Positions 47,037 through 55,329 are shown, counted from the first letter of the stretch. The stretch is 64,000 nt of DNA from an uncultured Bifidobacteriaceae bacterium (GCA_964501785.1 CAZCUD010000010.1:66088-130087); one strand, 5' to 3'. Numbers and translations are program-made. The notes: generated from the sequence alone by a model not told the origin.

Positions 47037-47726
47037 TCACGACGCTGTGGCCGGTTCTATCGGTTCGGCCGACGCGACCGGGTAGCCGGCGCGTCGCCAC
47101 TCGGGGTATCCGTCCTCGAGCCGGCGCGCCGTGCGACCGCGCTGTTGGAGCTGTCGCACGGCGTCATCGGCGTACACGCAGTAGGGGCCGCGGCAGTACG
47201 CGACGACTTCGATGTCTTCCGAGAGCGTGGCGAGCTCGTCGGCGAGGCGATCGAGTGGGATCGAGCGAGCGCCGAGCACATGGCCGGCCCGGTACTCGGC
47301 TTCGGGGCGGACGTCGACGACCACGATGTTGCCTTCGTCGAGGCGGCGCGCGAGCTCGTCGCGGGTGATGGCTTCGAGCGCGTCGCGTGCGCCGAGGTAG
47401 TCGACCGCGAGCTTCTCGATCCCGGCGATCTGGGCCGCCGCCACGTCGCGCAAGGCCGTCCAGAGCGCTTCGATGTCCTCCGAGGCGAGTCGGTAGTAGA
47501 TGCGGGTTCCGTCTCGGCGAGTGGTGAGGAGCCCGGCGCGGGCGAGCACTCGTAGGTGGTGGGAGGTGTTGGCGGTGCTCTGTCCGATCTCGGTGGCGAG
47601 GTCGTCGACCGAGCGCTCGCCTTGCGCGAGGACGTCGACGATCTCGGCGCGCCGGCCGTTCGAAAGAGCCCGCGCCACGTCGGCGAAGGCATCGAAGAGC
47701 GCGTCCTTGGCTGCCCGATCGGCCAT
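47037..47726 (-). CDS. ArsR/SmtB-family regulator fused to a C-terminal rhodanese domain
   Basis: wHTH AEIVDVLAQGERSVDDLATEIGQSTANTSHHLRVLARAGLL. Rhodanese part VVVDVRPEAEYRAGHVLGARSIP with active loop AYCRGPYCVYA. Confidence 0.85.
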   Translation of the reverse strand: MADRAAKDALFDAFADVARALSNGRRAEIVDVLAQGERSVDDLATEIGQSTANTSHHLRVLARAGLLTTRRDGTRIYYRLASEDIEALWTALRDVAAAQIAGIEKLAVDYLGARDALEAITRDELARRLDEGNIVVVDVRPEAEYRAGHVLGARSIPLDRLADELATLSEDIEVVAYCRGPYCVYADDAVRQLQQRGRTARRLEDGYPEWRRAGYPVASAEPIEPATAS

Positions 47727-47754
47727 CTGGTGAGTCTGCGGCGATCTGGCGCTA

Positions 47755-47784
47755 TTGTCAAGTAATCAAATGACTACTTGACAA
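47755..47784. promoter_or_regulatory. Perfect 10-10-10 palindrome, candidate ArsR operator spanning two divergent -35 boxes
   Basis: TTGTCAAGTA (47755-47764), a 10-nt spacer, then TACTTGACAA (47775-47784). Each arm contains TTGACA pointing toward one of the divergent genes. It is AT-rich in GC-rich DNA. Confidence 0.55.
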
Positions 47785-47836
47785 GCCCGTCCGGGCCGGC
47801 GTAGGAAGGGTGATGTCGTCTCAGTGAGGGGGAGTC

Positions 47837-48610
47837 ATGACTCGAATCGACGTCGAGGAGCTTCGGGGCAAGGTCCAGGCGATGTACAAGGCAGTCGCCG
47901 AAGACCCGCACGGTGAGTTCCACTTCGAGATGGGACGCGCGCTCGCGGAGCGGCTCGGCTACCCCGCGTCAGCGCTCGACCGTGTCCCGACCGAGGCGAT
48001 CGAGTCGTTCGCCGGCGTGGGCTACCACCTCGACCTCGCGCGGCTCGCGCCCGGCGAGCGAGTCGTCGACTTCGGGAGCGGCTCGGGGATGGACGCCTTC
48101 CTCGCGGCGCGACAGGTCGAGCCCGACGGTGCGGTCGTGGGAGTCGACATGACCGACGAGCAGATCGCGAAGGCGCGTCGGCTCGCGAAGCGAGACGGCT
48201 TCCTGTGGACGACTTTCGAGCGCGGCTACCTCGAGGACGCACCGGTCGAGGACGCATCGGCCGATGTCGTGCTGAGCAATGGCGTCATCAACCTCTGCGA
48301 CGACAAGCAGGCGGTCTTCTCCGAGATCGTTCGCATCCTCCGTCCGGAGGGCAGGATGGCCATCTCCGACATCGTCACGGAGCGTCCGCTCACCGAGGCG
48401 ATCGTGTGCGACGTGAACCTCTGGGCGTCGTGCATCGGCGGTGCGATGCAGGTCGACGACTACACCGCGGCGATCGAGGCGGCGGGCCTGCGAGTCTCGG
48501 AGGTGCGGGAGAACCCGCAGTACCTCTTCCTTTCGGAGTCGGCCCAAGGGGCGACCGAGACGTTCGGTGTGAAGAGCGTCTCGGTGCTCGCGGTCAAGCC
48601 GTCGTCGTGA
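47837..48610 (+). CDS. ArsM-like class I SAM-dependent methyltransferase lacking two of the three As(III)-binding cysteines
   Basis: VVDFGSGSGMDAFLAA SAM motif. ArsM-type blocks read SFAGVGYH (canonical LGCGNP), LSNGVINL (canonical SNCVINL) and ASCIGGA (Cys kept). Confidence 0.75.
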   Translation: MTRIDVEELRGKVQAMYKAVAEDPHGEFHFEMGRALAERLGYPASALDRVPTEAIESFAGVGYHLDLARLAPGERVVDFGSGSGMDAFLAARQVEPDGAVVGVDMTDEQIAKARRLAKRDGFLWTTFERGYLEDAPVEDASADVVLSNGVINLCDDKQAVFSEIVRILRPEGRMAISDIVTERPLTEAIVCDVNLWASCIGGAMQVDDYTAAIEAAGLRVSEVRENPQYLFLSESAQGATETFGVKSVSVLAVKPSS

Positions 48611-49983
48611 GCGCGCCTGGATCGACCGCGACGGATCGCGTGCACGAGTTGCGCGACGACGCGTTGGCGAACACGTCCTTTCTCGTCGACGTCGGAGGCG
48701 GTGAAGCCGTCGTCGTCGATCCGCCGCGCGACGTCGACCGTCACCTCCGCTTGGCGGACGAGCTGGGGGTGCAGATCGTCGCGACGTTCGAGACGCACGT
48801 GCACGCGGACTACGTGAGTGGAGCCACCGAGCTCGCCGCGCTCGGCGCCCAGGCGGTCGTGCCGGAGGGCGCGCGGCCAGCGTGGGCGCATCGGTCGATC
48901 AGTGACGACGAGGTGTACGAGGCCGGGCGGGCACGTCTGCGCGCGATGGCGACGCCTGGGCACACGCCCGAGCACATGGCGTACGTGCTCGAGGTCGACG
49001 GTGTCGCGGTCGGGGTCTTCGCGGGCGGCTCGCTGATCCAGGGTGGTGCCGCGCGCACCGATCTCCTCGGCCCGGAGCACACCGAGGAGCTGGCCCGGGC
49101 CCAGCACGCGAGTCTGCGGCGCCTGGCGCGCCTTCCGGACGCGACTGCCCTGTATGCCACCCACGGTGCAGGATCGTTCTGCCATGCGAGCTCGGTGACA
49201 GTCGAGCACCCGACGATCGGTTCCGAACGCGCGACGAACGCGCTTCTGTCGATCGAGGACGAGGACGGGTTCGTCGCCGCGCTCACCGCCGGGTTCGGGT
49301 CCTATCCCCGCTACTACGCGCACCTCCCGGCGCTCAACGAGGCAGGACCCACGCCGATCGCCAGCCTCCCGGAACCTGGCCGTCTCGCCGCTCGAGAGGT
49401 CGCACGCCGGCTCGACGCGGGCGATGCCTGGCTCATCGACGCACGCGACATCGCTGACTGGGCGCGCGGGCATCCCCGGGGCGCGATCTCGAACGCGCTT
49501 CGACCTGCTTTCGCGTCGTGGCTCGGATGGGTCGTGCCCTTCGGCGCTCCGGTGATCGCGCTCGTCGATCCCGACGGCGAGGAGGAGCTCGTTCGCTTGG
49601 CCCGCCGCATCGGCTACGACGACGTTGCGTTCCTCGACGGCGGCATCGACGCGTGGCGCGCGGCGGACCTCCCCATGGACGCCGTCGCCGAAGTCGACGC
49701 CGAACGAGCGCGTCAGCTGCACCACGACGGGGCGACACTGCTCGACGTCCGCCAGACCTCCGAGCTCGACGTGCTTCGGATCCCGGACGCGATCCACGTG
49801 GAGCTCGGCGACATCATCAGTGGCGCCTTCCCCGACGGTCAGAGTCCGCACATCGTCTTCTGTGGCCACGGCGAGCGCTCGGCGACTGCGGCGAGCCTGC
49901 TGGAACGTCGCGGGCTCGAGGTCGTCAACCTCGTCGGCGGCACCAGCGCATGGGTCGAGGCGGGGCTTCCGGTCGAGCCCTGA
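48607..49983 (+). CDS. MBL-fold hydrolase (persulfide dioxygenase-like) fused to two rhodanese domains
   Basis: The GTG start overlaps the upstream stop (GTGA). THVHADYVSG metal motif, TPGHTPEH. The second rhodanese has active loop VFCGHGERS. CstB/Blh-like architecture. Confidence 0.8.
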   Translation: MSAPGSTATDRVHELRDDALANTSFLVDVGGGEAVVVDPPRDVDRHLRLADELGVQIVATFETHVHADYVSGATELAALGAQAVVPEGARPAWAHRSISDDEVYEAGRARLRAMATPGHTPEHMAYVLEVDGVAVGVFAGGSLIQGGAARTDLLGPEHTEELARAQHASLRRLARLPDATALYATHGAGSFCHASSVTVEHPTIGSERATNALLSIEDEDGFVAALTAGFGSYPRYYAHLPALNEAGPTPIASLPEPGRLAAREVARRLDAGDAWLIDARDIADWARGHPRGAISNALRPAFASWLGWVVPFGAPVIALVDPDGEEELVRLARRIGYDDVAFLDGGIDAWRAADLPMDAVAEVDAERARQLHHDGATLLDVRQTSELDVLRIPDAIHVELGDIISGAFPDGQSPHIVFCGHGERSATAASLLERRGLEVVNLVGGTSAWVEAGLPVEP

Positions 49984-51284
49984 TGCTCCGCCAGACGCCG
50001 ATCGCCATGGCCGACGATGCACCGGCGCGACCGCGCCTGGGCCTGCGCGAGAACTGGCGACAGTTCACGCTGCTCGTCGTCGTCAACGCGTTCGTCGGCG
50101 CGATGGTCGGCATCGAGCGCACGGTGCTCCCGCTGCTCGCCGACGAGGAGTTCGGGGTCGCCTCCGCGTCGGCGGCGCTGGCGTTCCTCGTCGCGTTCGG
50201 GATCACCAAGGCCTTCGCCAACCTCGCGGCCGGACACCTCGCCGACCGGTTCGGCCGCAAACGAGTGCTCGTCGCCGGCTGGATCGCGGCGTTGCCCGTC
50301 GCGCCGATGATCATCCTCGCCCCGTCATGGGGCTGGGTGGTCGCGGCCAACGTCTTCCTCGGCGTCAACCAGGGATTGGCATGGTCGACGACCGTCAACA
50401 TGAAGATCGACCTCGCCGGGCCTCGCCGACGCGGCTTGGCGTTGGGCCTCAACGAGGCCGCGGGCTACGGCGCGGTCGCGCTTGCCGCGGCGGTGACCGG
50501 TCTGATCGCCGCCTCGTACGGCCCGACGCCGTGGCCATGGGTGATGGGCATCGGAATCTCGCTGGTGGGCCTCGTGCTGTCGATCGCGTTCGTGCGCGAG
50601 ACCCACGGACACGCCCGAGAAGAGGCGCGCCTGCACCATCGAAGCGAAGGCGACGAAGCGCCCCGATTCCGAGAGACGTTCGCGACCACGACGTGGCGCG
50701 ATCCGTCCCTGTCGGCAGTCAGTCAGGCCGGCCTGGTCAACAACCTCAACGACGCGCTCGTCTGGGGACTCGTCCCGCTCTACCTCGCCACGCAGGGACT
50801 GTCGGTCGGGCGCATCGGAGCCGTGGCAGCGACGTATCCCGCCGCCTGGGGGATCGCGCAGCTCGGGACCGGCGCATGGTCCGATCGCGTCGGACGCAAA
50901 CCACTGATCGTCGCCGGACTCGCGCTCCAAGCCGTCGGCATCGCCGGCCTTGCCGCAGCCGACGGATTCGTCGGCTGGCTGATCTGCGCACTCGTGATGG
51001 GACTCGGCACCGCGATGGTGTATCCGACGTTGATCGCGGCGATCGGCGACCGCGCGCACCCAGCATGGCGCGCATCGGCGGTGGGCGTGTACCGCCTCTG
51101 GCGCGACCTCGGCTACGCGGTGGGTGGACTCGTCGTCGGCATTGTCGCCGACGCAGTCGATGACCGTTTCGCGATCGTCACCGTGGCCGCGCTCACCGCG
51201 CTGTCCGCGTTCGTCGTGCTACTTCGGATGCGAGAGACGCTGGCGCCACGATCGGCGAGCGCCGAGGACGCGCCGGTCGACTGA
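49983..51284 (+). CDS. MFS transporter
   Basis: The ATG at 49983 overlaps the upstream TGA. 12-TM-like pattern. MFS motif A-like LADRFGRKRVL and WSDRVGRKPL. Confidence 0.8.
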   Translation: MLRQTPIAMADDAPARPRLGLRENWRQFTLLVVVNAFVGAMVGIERTVLPLLADEEFGVASASAALAFLVAFGITKAFANLAAGHLADRFGRKRVLVAGWIAALPVAPMIILAPSWGWVVAANVFLGVNQGLAWSTTVNMKIDLAGPRRRGLALGLNEAAGYGAVALAAAVTGLIAASYGPTPWPWVMGIGISLVGLVLSIAFVRETHGHAREEARLHHRSEGDEAPRFRETFATTTWRDPSLSAVSQAGLVNNLNDALVWGLVPLYLATQGLSVGRIGAVAATYPAAWGIAQLGTGAWSDRVGRKPLIVAGLALQAVGIAGLAAADGFVGWLICALVMGLGTAMVYPTLIAAIGDRAHPAWRASAVGVYRLWRDLGYAVGGLVVGIVADAVDDRFAIVTVAALTALSAFVVLLRMRETLAPRSASAEDAPVD

Positions 51285-51290
51285 GCGAGC

Positions 51291-51659
51291 TCAGCAGGCG
51301 TCGCCCGCGGCGTCGCACACGCAGAACTCGTTGCCCTCGGGATCCTGCATGAGGATCCAGTTGCTGCCGTGCTCCGCAAGCGCGTCCGCACGCACGCGCT
51401 GCGCACCGAGTCCGGCCAGGCGCGAGGCCTCGGCCTCGATGTCCGGGGTGTGGATGTCGAGATGCATCCGCAGCTTCGTCGCCTTCGCCTCGGGCACCCG
51501 CTGCAACAGCAGCTGAGGACCCGACTCGCCTCCTGCGGGGAGGAGGAGGCGATAGCTGCCGGCCGCACCGACGTCCACGTAGCCCAACGCCGGCGCCCAG
51601 AACTGGGCCAACCGATCAGGATCCGCGCAGTCGAGCACCAGACCGATCTTCGCCGTCAC
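51291..51659 (-). CDS. VOC (glyoxalase/bleomycin resistance/dioxygenase) family protein
   Basis: 122 aa. LVLDCADPDRLAQFWAPALGY ... HLDIHTPD ... MQDPEGNEFCV fits the small VOC fold. Confidence 0.75.
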   Translation of the reverse strand: MTAKIGLVLDCADPDRLAQFWAPALGYVDVGAAGSYRLLLPAGGESGPQLLLQRVPEAKATKLRMHLDIHTPDIEAEASRLAGLGAQRVRADALAEHGSNWILMQDPEGNEFCVCDAAGDAC

Positions 51660-51721
51660 GCCGCCATCGTCCCACGCGGGAAGCGGCTACCGACGCGGAC
51701 GCGCACGCCAAAAATACAGTA

Positions 51722-51750
51722 TTGACCGTTACGGTAATAACCGTCACAAT
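51722..51750 (+). promoter_or_regulatory. Sigma-70-like promoter implying a leaderless MerR transcript
   Basis: TTGACC (51722-51727), a 17-nt spacer, CACAAT (51745-51750), and the GTG start at 51757. The spacer carries ACCGT-T-ACGGT plus a third ACCGT. Confidence 0.45.
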
Positions 51751-51756
51751 AGGGCC

Positions 51757-52518
51757 GTGGTCATGGAGGCGAACACCGCCCACGCCGACGGCGAGGCCGT
51801 CGAGGTGCTGACCGTCGACGAGCTGGCAGCCCGGGTCGGCCTCCCGGTGCGCACGATCCGCGAGTACCAGACGATGGGCCTGCTCCCGCCGCCCGCACGG
51901 CGAGGACGGGTCGGCATCTACGGGCCCGGTCACGTCGCTCGCCTCGAGCTGATCGGTCGACTCCAAGCGCGCGGCTACTCCCTCGCGGGCATCCGCGATC
52001 TCCTCCACGCGTGGCGCGAGGGCGCCGACCTCAGCGAGGTTCTCGGCCTGCGCGCCGACGAGCTTGTGCACGTCGAGGAACCCGGGGCACCTGTGACGGC
52101 CGGCCAGCTCGCCCGCGCGCTCCCGGGGCTCATCCCTGAGCACCGCGACGAGCTCCTCGCCACGGGCGTCGTCGAAGTGGGGAGCGGCGACACCTACTGC
52201 GTGCCGAGCCCGTCACTGCTCCAGCTCGGCGCCGACGCGCTGCACCTCGGCTACGCCCCCGAAGCCGTGCTGGGCCTCTTGCGTGCGCTGCGCCGAGCTG
52301 CCGACACCGTCGCCGATGCCGCGCTCGAAGCGATCGGCGAATTCCCTCCGCAGGCCGATGCCGGCGAGCTCCTCGCCTTCGCTACGCGTGCACGAGGGTT
52401 GCTCGCGCACGGCACCGGCCGACTCGCGATCCACACCCTCGGTGCCCGGCTCGGCATCACCGACGAAGAGCAGGTCACCGACGGACTCCGTCGGCTCCTG
52501 GAAGGAAGCCACCCATGA
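51757..52518 (+). CDS. MerR family transcriptional regulator
   Basis: N-terminal HTH LTVDELAARVGLPVRTIREYQTMGLLPPP and the RLELIGRLQARGYSLAGIRDLL dimerisation helix. Confidence 0.8.
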   Translation: MVMEANTAHADGEAVEVLTVDELAARVGLPVRTIREYQTMGLLPPPARRGRVGIYGPGHVARLELIGRLQARGYSLAGIRDLLHAWREGADLSEVLGLRADELVHVEEPGAPVTAGQLARALPGLIPEHRDELLATGVVEVGSGDTYCVPSPSLLQLGADALHLGYAPEAVLGLLRALRRAADTVADAALEAIGEFPPQADAGELLAFATRARGLLAHGTGRLAIHTLGARLGITDEEQVTDGLRRLLEGSHP

Positions 52519-53414
52519 CCGACGTGGTCCGCGAACCCGGCTCGGTCGTGCACGGTGACGAGCTGTGCATCCGCGATCCCGCCGGCGCCGACCGCGCCGC
52601 CATCCCGACCACCGATGCCGACCACTCGCCACCCGAGGATCCCGACGGCGCCGACCGCATGCTCGCCCCCGTCGGCGACACTCTCCTCGCGGCCGCGGCG
52701 CTCGAGACCGGCGAGCACGTCCTCGACATCGGATGCGGCGCCGGCGCCACCGCACTGCTCGCCGCCGAGGCAGTCGGATCGCACGGAAGCGTGCACGCGG
52801 TCGACGTCACCCCCGAGATGCTCGACATCGCGCGTGCACGCGCCTCATCGGCGGGTCTCGACGGTGTCACCTTCGTCGAAGCCGATGCTCAGACCGACGA
52901 GCTACCCGGCCCGGCCGACGTCGCCATCAGCCGCTTCGGCACCATGTTCTTCGACGACCCGGTCGCCGCCTTCACCAACCTCCGACGCGCGCTCGCGCCG
53001 GGCGGCCGCCTCTGCATCGCGACCTGGCAGCCACTCGAGACCAACGCGTGGCTCGTCATCCCCGGCGCCGCCCTGCTCCACTGGATCGAGCTCCCCGCGA
53101 CCGACGGCCCAGGACCAGGCATGTTCTCCCAGTCCGACCCCACTGTCGTCGAGAGCACGCTCAGCGACGCCGGGTACCGCGACATCACTGTGCAACCGGT
53201 GAAGCTCGCGCTCACCCTCGGCCACGACCCCGACGCCGCGCTCGCACGACTCCTCGACACCGGCGTCGGCCGCGCCGCCATCGCGGCGGTCCCCGACGGG
53301 GCACGCCCCGAAGCCCTCGATGCCGTGCGCGCGGCGCTCGCCGACCACAGCGGGCCAGGGGGAGTCCAGGTCGGAGCGGCGATCCTTCTCTCCACCGCCA
53401 CTCGCGAGTCCTGA
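52515..53414 (+). CDS. Class I SAM-dependent methyltransferase
   Basis: ATGA overlap with the merR stop. VLDIGCGAGATAL motif I and GGRLCIATW. Confidence 0.8.
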   Translation: MTDVVREPGSVVHGDELCIRDPAGADRAAIPTTDADHSPPEDPDGADRMLAPVGDTLLAAAALETGEHVLDIGCGAGATALLAAEAVGSHGSVHAVDVTPEMLDIARARASSAGLDGVTFVEADAQTDELPGPADVAISRFGTMFFDDPVAAFTNLRRALAPGGRLCIATWQPLETNAWLVIPGAALLHWIELPATDGPGPGMFSQSDPTVVESTLSDAGYRDITVQPVKLALTLGHDPDAALARLLDTGVGRAAIAAVPDGARPEALDAVRAALADHSGPGGVQVGAAILLSTATRES

Positions 53415-53521
53415 GCCGAGCCCGGTGCCTTGAGTCGGCGCCCCCACGTTGGCGCATCGGCCCCACTTGCCGGTCCAGCCCCTCGAGCACTCGGCGAGCC
53501 ATGTCCTAGAGTGCGCTTACT

Positions 53522-53536
53522 ACTACGATACGTAGT
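53522..53536. promoter_or_regulatory. Perfect palindrome ACTACG-ATA-CGTAGT upstream of the NlpC/P60 gene
   Basis: It lies 22 nt upstream of ATG 53558. It shares the ACTACG half-site with the 58368, 62845 and 62947 motifs, but the arms are 6 bp closer. Confidence 0.4.
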
Positions 53537-53557
53537 CGTCCCCCCTGAGGAGCACCG

Positions 53558-54601
53558 ATGGCGCTTCGTGGCCTCACACGTCCTCTTGTCGCTGGCGCGC
53601 TCGTGCTCGGCGCGGCCGTGAGCGGCGCATCGTCATCCATCGGCGGCGTCGCAGTGGCCGCGCCGATCGACGACCTCCGAGCACAGGCCCAAGCGCTCGA
53701 AGCGAAGATCGCGTCGAACGGAACGGAGATCGCGGCACTCGGGGAGCAGCTCAACGCCGCGCAGCTCCAGCTCGACGAAGCGCAATCGAAGGTCGACGAC
53801 GCCGAGGTGAGGATCGAGCAGACGAGACGAGAAGTCGTCCGTCTGGAGGACCTCGTCGATCGCCGCGCCGTCTCGATCTATCAGTCGGCCGGACTCGCCA
53901 ACCCCCTCGTGATCTTCGAGGTCGAGAACGCGACGGAAGCAAGCACGCGGCTCAAGTACGGCGAGATCGCGACTCGTCGCGACAACCAGCTGCTGCGCGA
54001 CCTCGCCGCGGCACGCAAGGACCTCGACGTGCAGCGAGCCGAAGCGACGACCGAGCAGCGTCATGCGGCCGCTGAGCGCGACCGACTCACCCAAGCGAAG
54101 GCAGACGCCGACGCTGCAGCCGCGGAGCAGCGAGCGCTCCTCGATCAGGTCGAGGGACGCCTCGGCGAGCTCGTTCGCGAGGAACAGCAACGGCGTGCCG
54201 CGACCACGACGCCGGCCGCCGGCAAGAGCACCTGGTCGGGTCCAGTGCCGAACCCGAGCGGTGGCGCAGCTGCAGCGGTCGCGTTCGCACAAGCGCAGCT
54301 CGGCAAGCCGTACGAGTACGCCGCCTCCGGTCCCGACACGTATGACTGCTCGGGGCTCACGATGCGCGCCTGGCAGGCCGGTGGTCTGTCCTTGCCGCAC
54401 TACTCGGGTGCCCAGGCCGCGATGTTCCCGAGAGTCCCGCTCGACCAGCTTGCACCCGGCGATCTGATCACGACGAGCAGCTGGCCGGCTCACATCGGGA
54501 TCTGGGTCGGCGGGGGCTTCATCCACGCCACGCACACGGGCGATGTCATCCGCTACGTGAGCGGCAGCGCCTCCGTCGTCGACGCCGTGCGGCCGGGGTG
54601 A
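53558..54601 (+). CDS. Secreted coiled-coil NlpC/P60 peptidoglycan endopeptidase (RipA-like)
   Basis: Signal peptide, a long coiled coil (LRAQAQALEAKIA...), and a C-terminal catalytic block YEYAASGPDTYDCSGLTMRAW ... HIGIWVGGGFIHA. Confidence 0.85.
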   Translation: MALRGLTRPLVAGALVLGAAVSGASSSIGGVAVAAPIDDLRAQAQALEAKIASNGTEIAALGEQLNAAQLQLDEAQSKVDDAEVRIEQTRREVVRLEDLVDRRAVSIYQSAGLANPLVIFEVENATEASTRLKYGEIATRRDNQLLRDLAAARKDLDVQRAEATTEQRHAAAERDRLTQAKADADAAAAEQRALLDQVEGRLGELVREEQQRRAATTTPAAGKSTWSGPVPNPSGGAAAAVAFAQAQLGKPYEYAASGPDTYDCSGLTMRAWQAGGLSLPHYSGAQAAMFPRVPLDQLAPGDLITTSSWPAHIGIWVGGGFIHATHTGDVIRYVSGSASVVDAVRPG

Positions 54602-54693
54602 CTCCTACGACGGATCGCGTGTGTCGCTGGTCGACCGTCGACCCGCGCGATGGGTGAGGCAGCTGGAGTGGGTCGTGGTGCACGGGTTCGCAG

Positions 54694-55260
54694 TCACGTG
54701 ACGTCACGAATGGCACCCAGTACGAGCGATACGAGGCGGTCAGCGGCTCGCTGCGTCCTGACGTGCGCTGCGCCATCGAGAGCGTGGACGCAGAAGTTCG
54801 CGAGCTCCTTCGGAGACACGTCGGTACGGATGCCGGCTGTCGTGGCGGAGTCGGCGATCATCGCGGCGACGAATCCGAGCAACCTGCGTCGTGCGTGGGC
54901 GACGTGGGCACCGCTGTGGAGCTCTGCAGCCAGCTCCGTTCCGTGGTGGGCACGGCGGATGCGCGCGTAGGCGGTCAGCACCGCCTCGACCTGCAACGTG
55001 GGATCGGTGGTGTCGCGGATCTCCTCGAGCATCGCCAAGTGGTGTGAGATCTGACGCTCGTGCCATGCGATGAGGATCTCGTATGCCGTCTTCTGCTTGA
55101 AAAAAAAAGTAGCCCGGCCGATGCCGGTCTCGTCGGCGATGCGGGACATCGTCGCGGCGCCCCGGCCGTATTCGGCAACGAGCGCAGCGGTTGCGACGAG
55201 AGTGGCGTCTCGGACGGCGCGTCGGTGCTCGTCGATCGTCTCCGTCCAGAGCCGCGGCAT
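54694..55260 (-). CDS. TetR family regulator whose HTH region is corrupted by adapter sequence
   Basis: ATG at 55260. ATMSRIADETGIGRAT then the artefactual FFFKQKTAYEI, then LIAWHERQ. The rest is TetR-like. The ORF remains open. Confidence 0.7.
   Translation of the reverse strand: MPRLWTETIDEHRRAVRDATLVATAALVAEYGRGAATMSRIADETGIGRATFFFKQKTAYEILIAWHERQISHHLAMLEEIRDTTDPTLQVEAVLTAYARIRRAHHGTELAAELHSGAHVAHARRRLLGFVAAMIADSATTAGIRTDVSPKELANFCVHALDGAAHVRTQRAADRLVSLVLGAIRDVT
55076..55108 (+). other. Illumina P7 adapter 24-mer plus A9 (assembly artefact)
   Basis: ATCTCGTATGCCGTCTTCTGCTTG (55076-55099) is the reverse complement of CAAGCAGAAGACGGCATACGAGAT. It is followed by nine A (55100-55108). Confidence 0.9.
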
Positions 55261-55300
55261 GCCGTCAGCGTACGGATCGTCGTGATACGAGACAAGCGTC

Positions 55301-55329
55301 TTGACATAGACAGACTGTCTCGTAAAAAT
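55301..55329 (+). promoter_or_regulatory. Sigma-70-like promoter with a palindromic operator in the spacer
   Basis: TTGACA (55301-55306), palindrome AGACAG-A-CTGTCT (55308-55320), and an AT-rich -10 TAAAAAT (55323-55329). It lies between the divergent TetR gene and the small membrane-protein genes. Confidence 0.55.

Noticed and set aside
46802-47368. 188-aa plus-strand ORF beginning MSIGGAPPAGFEPATHG
   Set aside because: The GFEPAT peptide is the familiar translation of a tRNA T-arm region. The rest overlaps the ArsR gene antisense and is Arg-rich.
53415-53557. Possible c-di-AMP (ydaO-type) riboswitch upstream of the NlpC/P60 gene, as often seen before actinobacterial cell-wall hydrolases
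   Set aside because: I could not recognise the conserved pseudo-symmetric ydaO core by eye. A covariance-model search (Rfam RF00379) would be needed, so it is not claimed.
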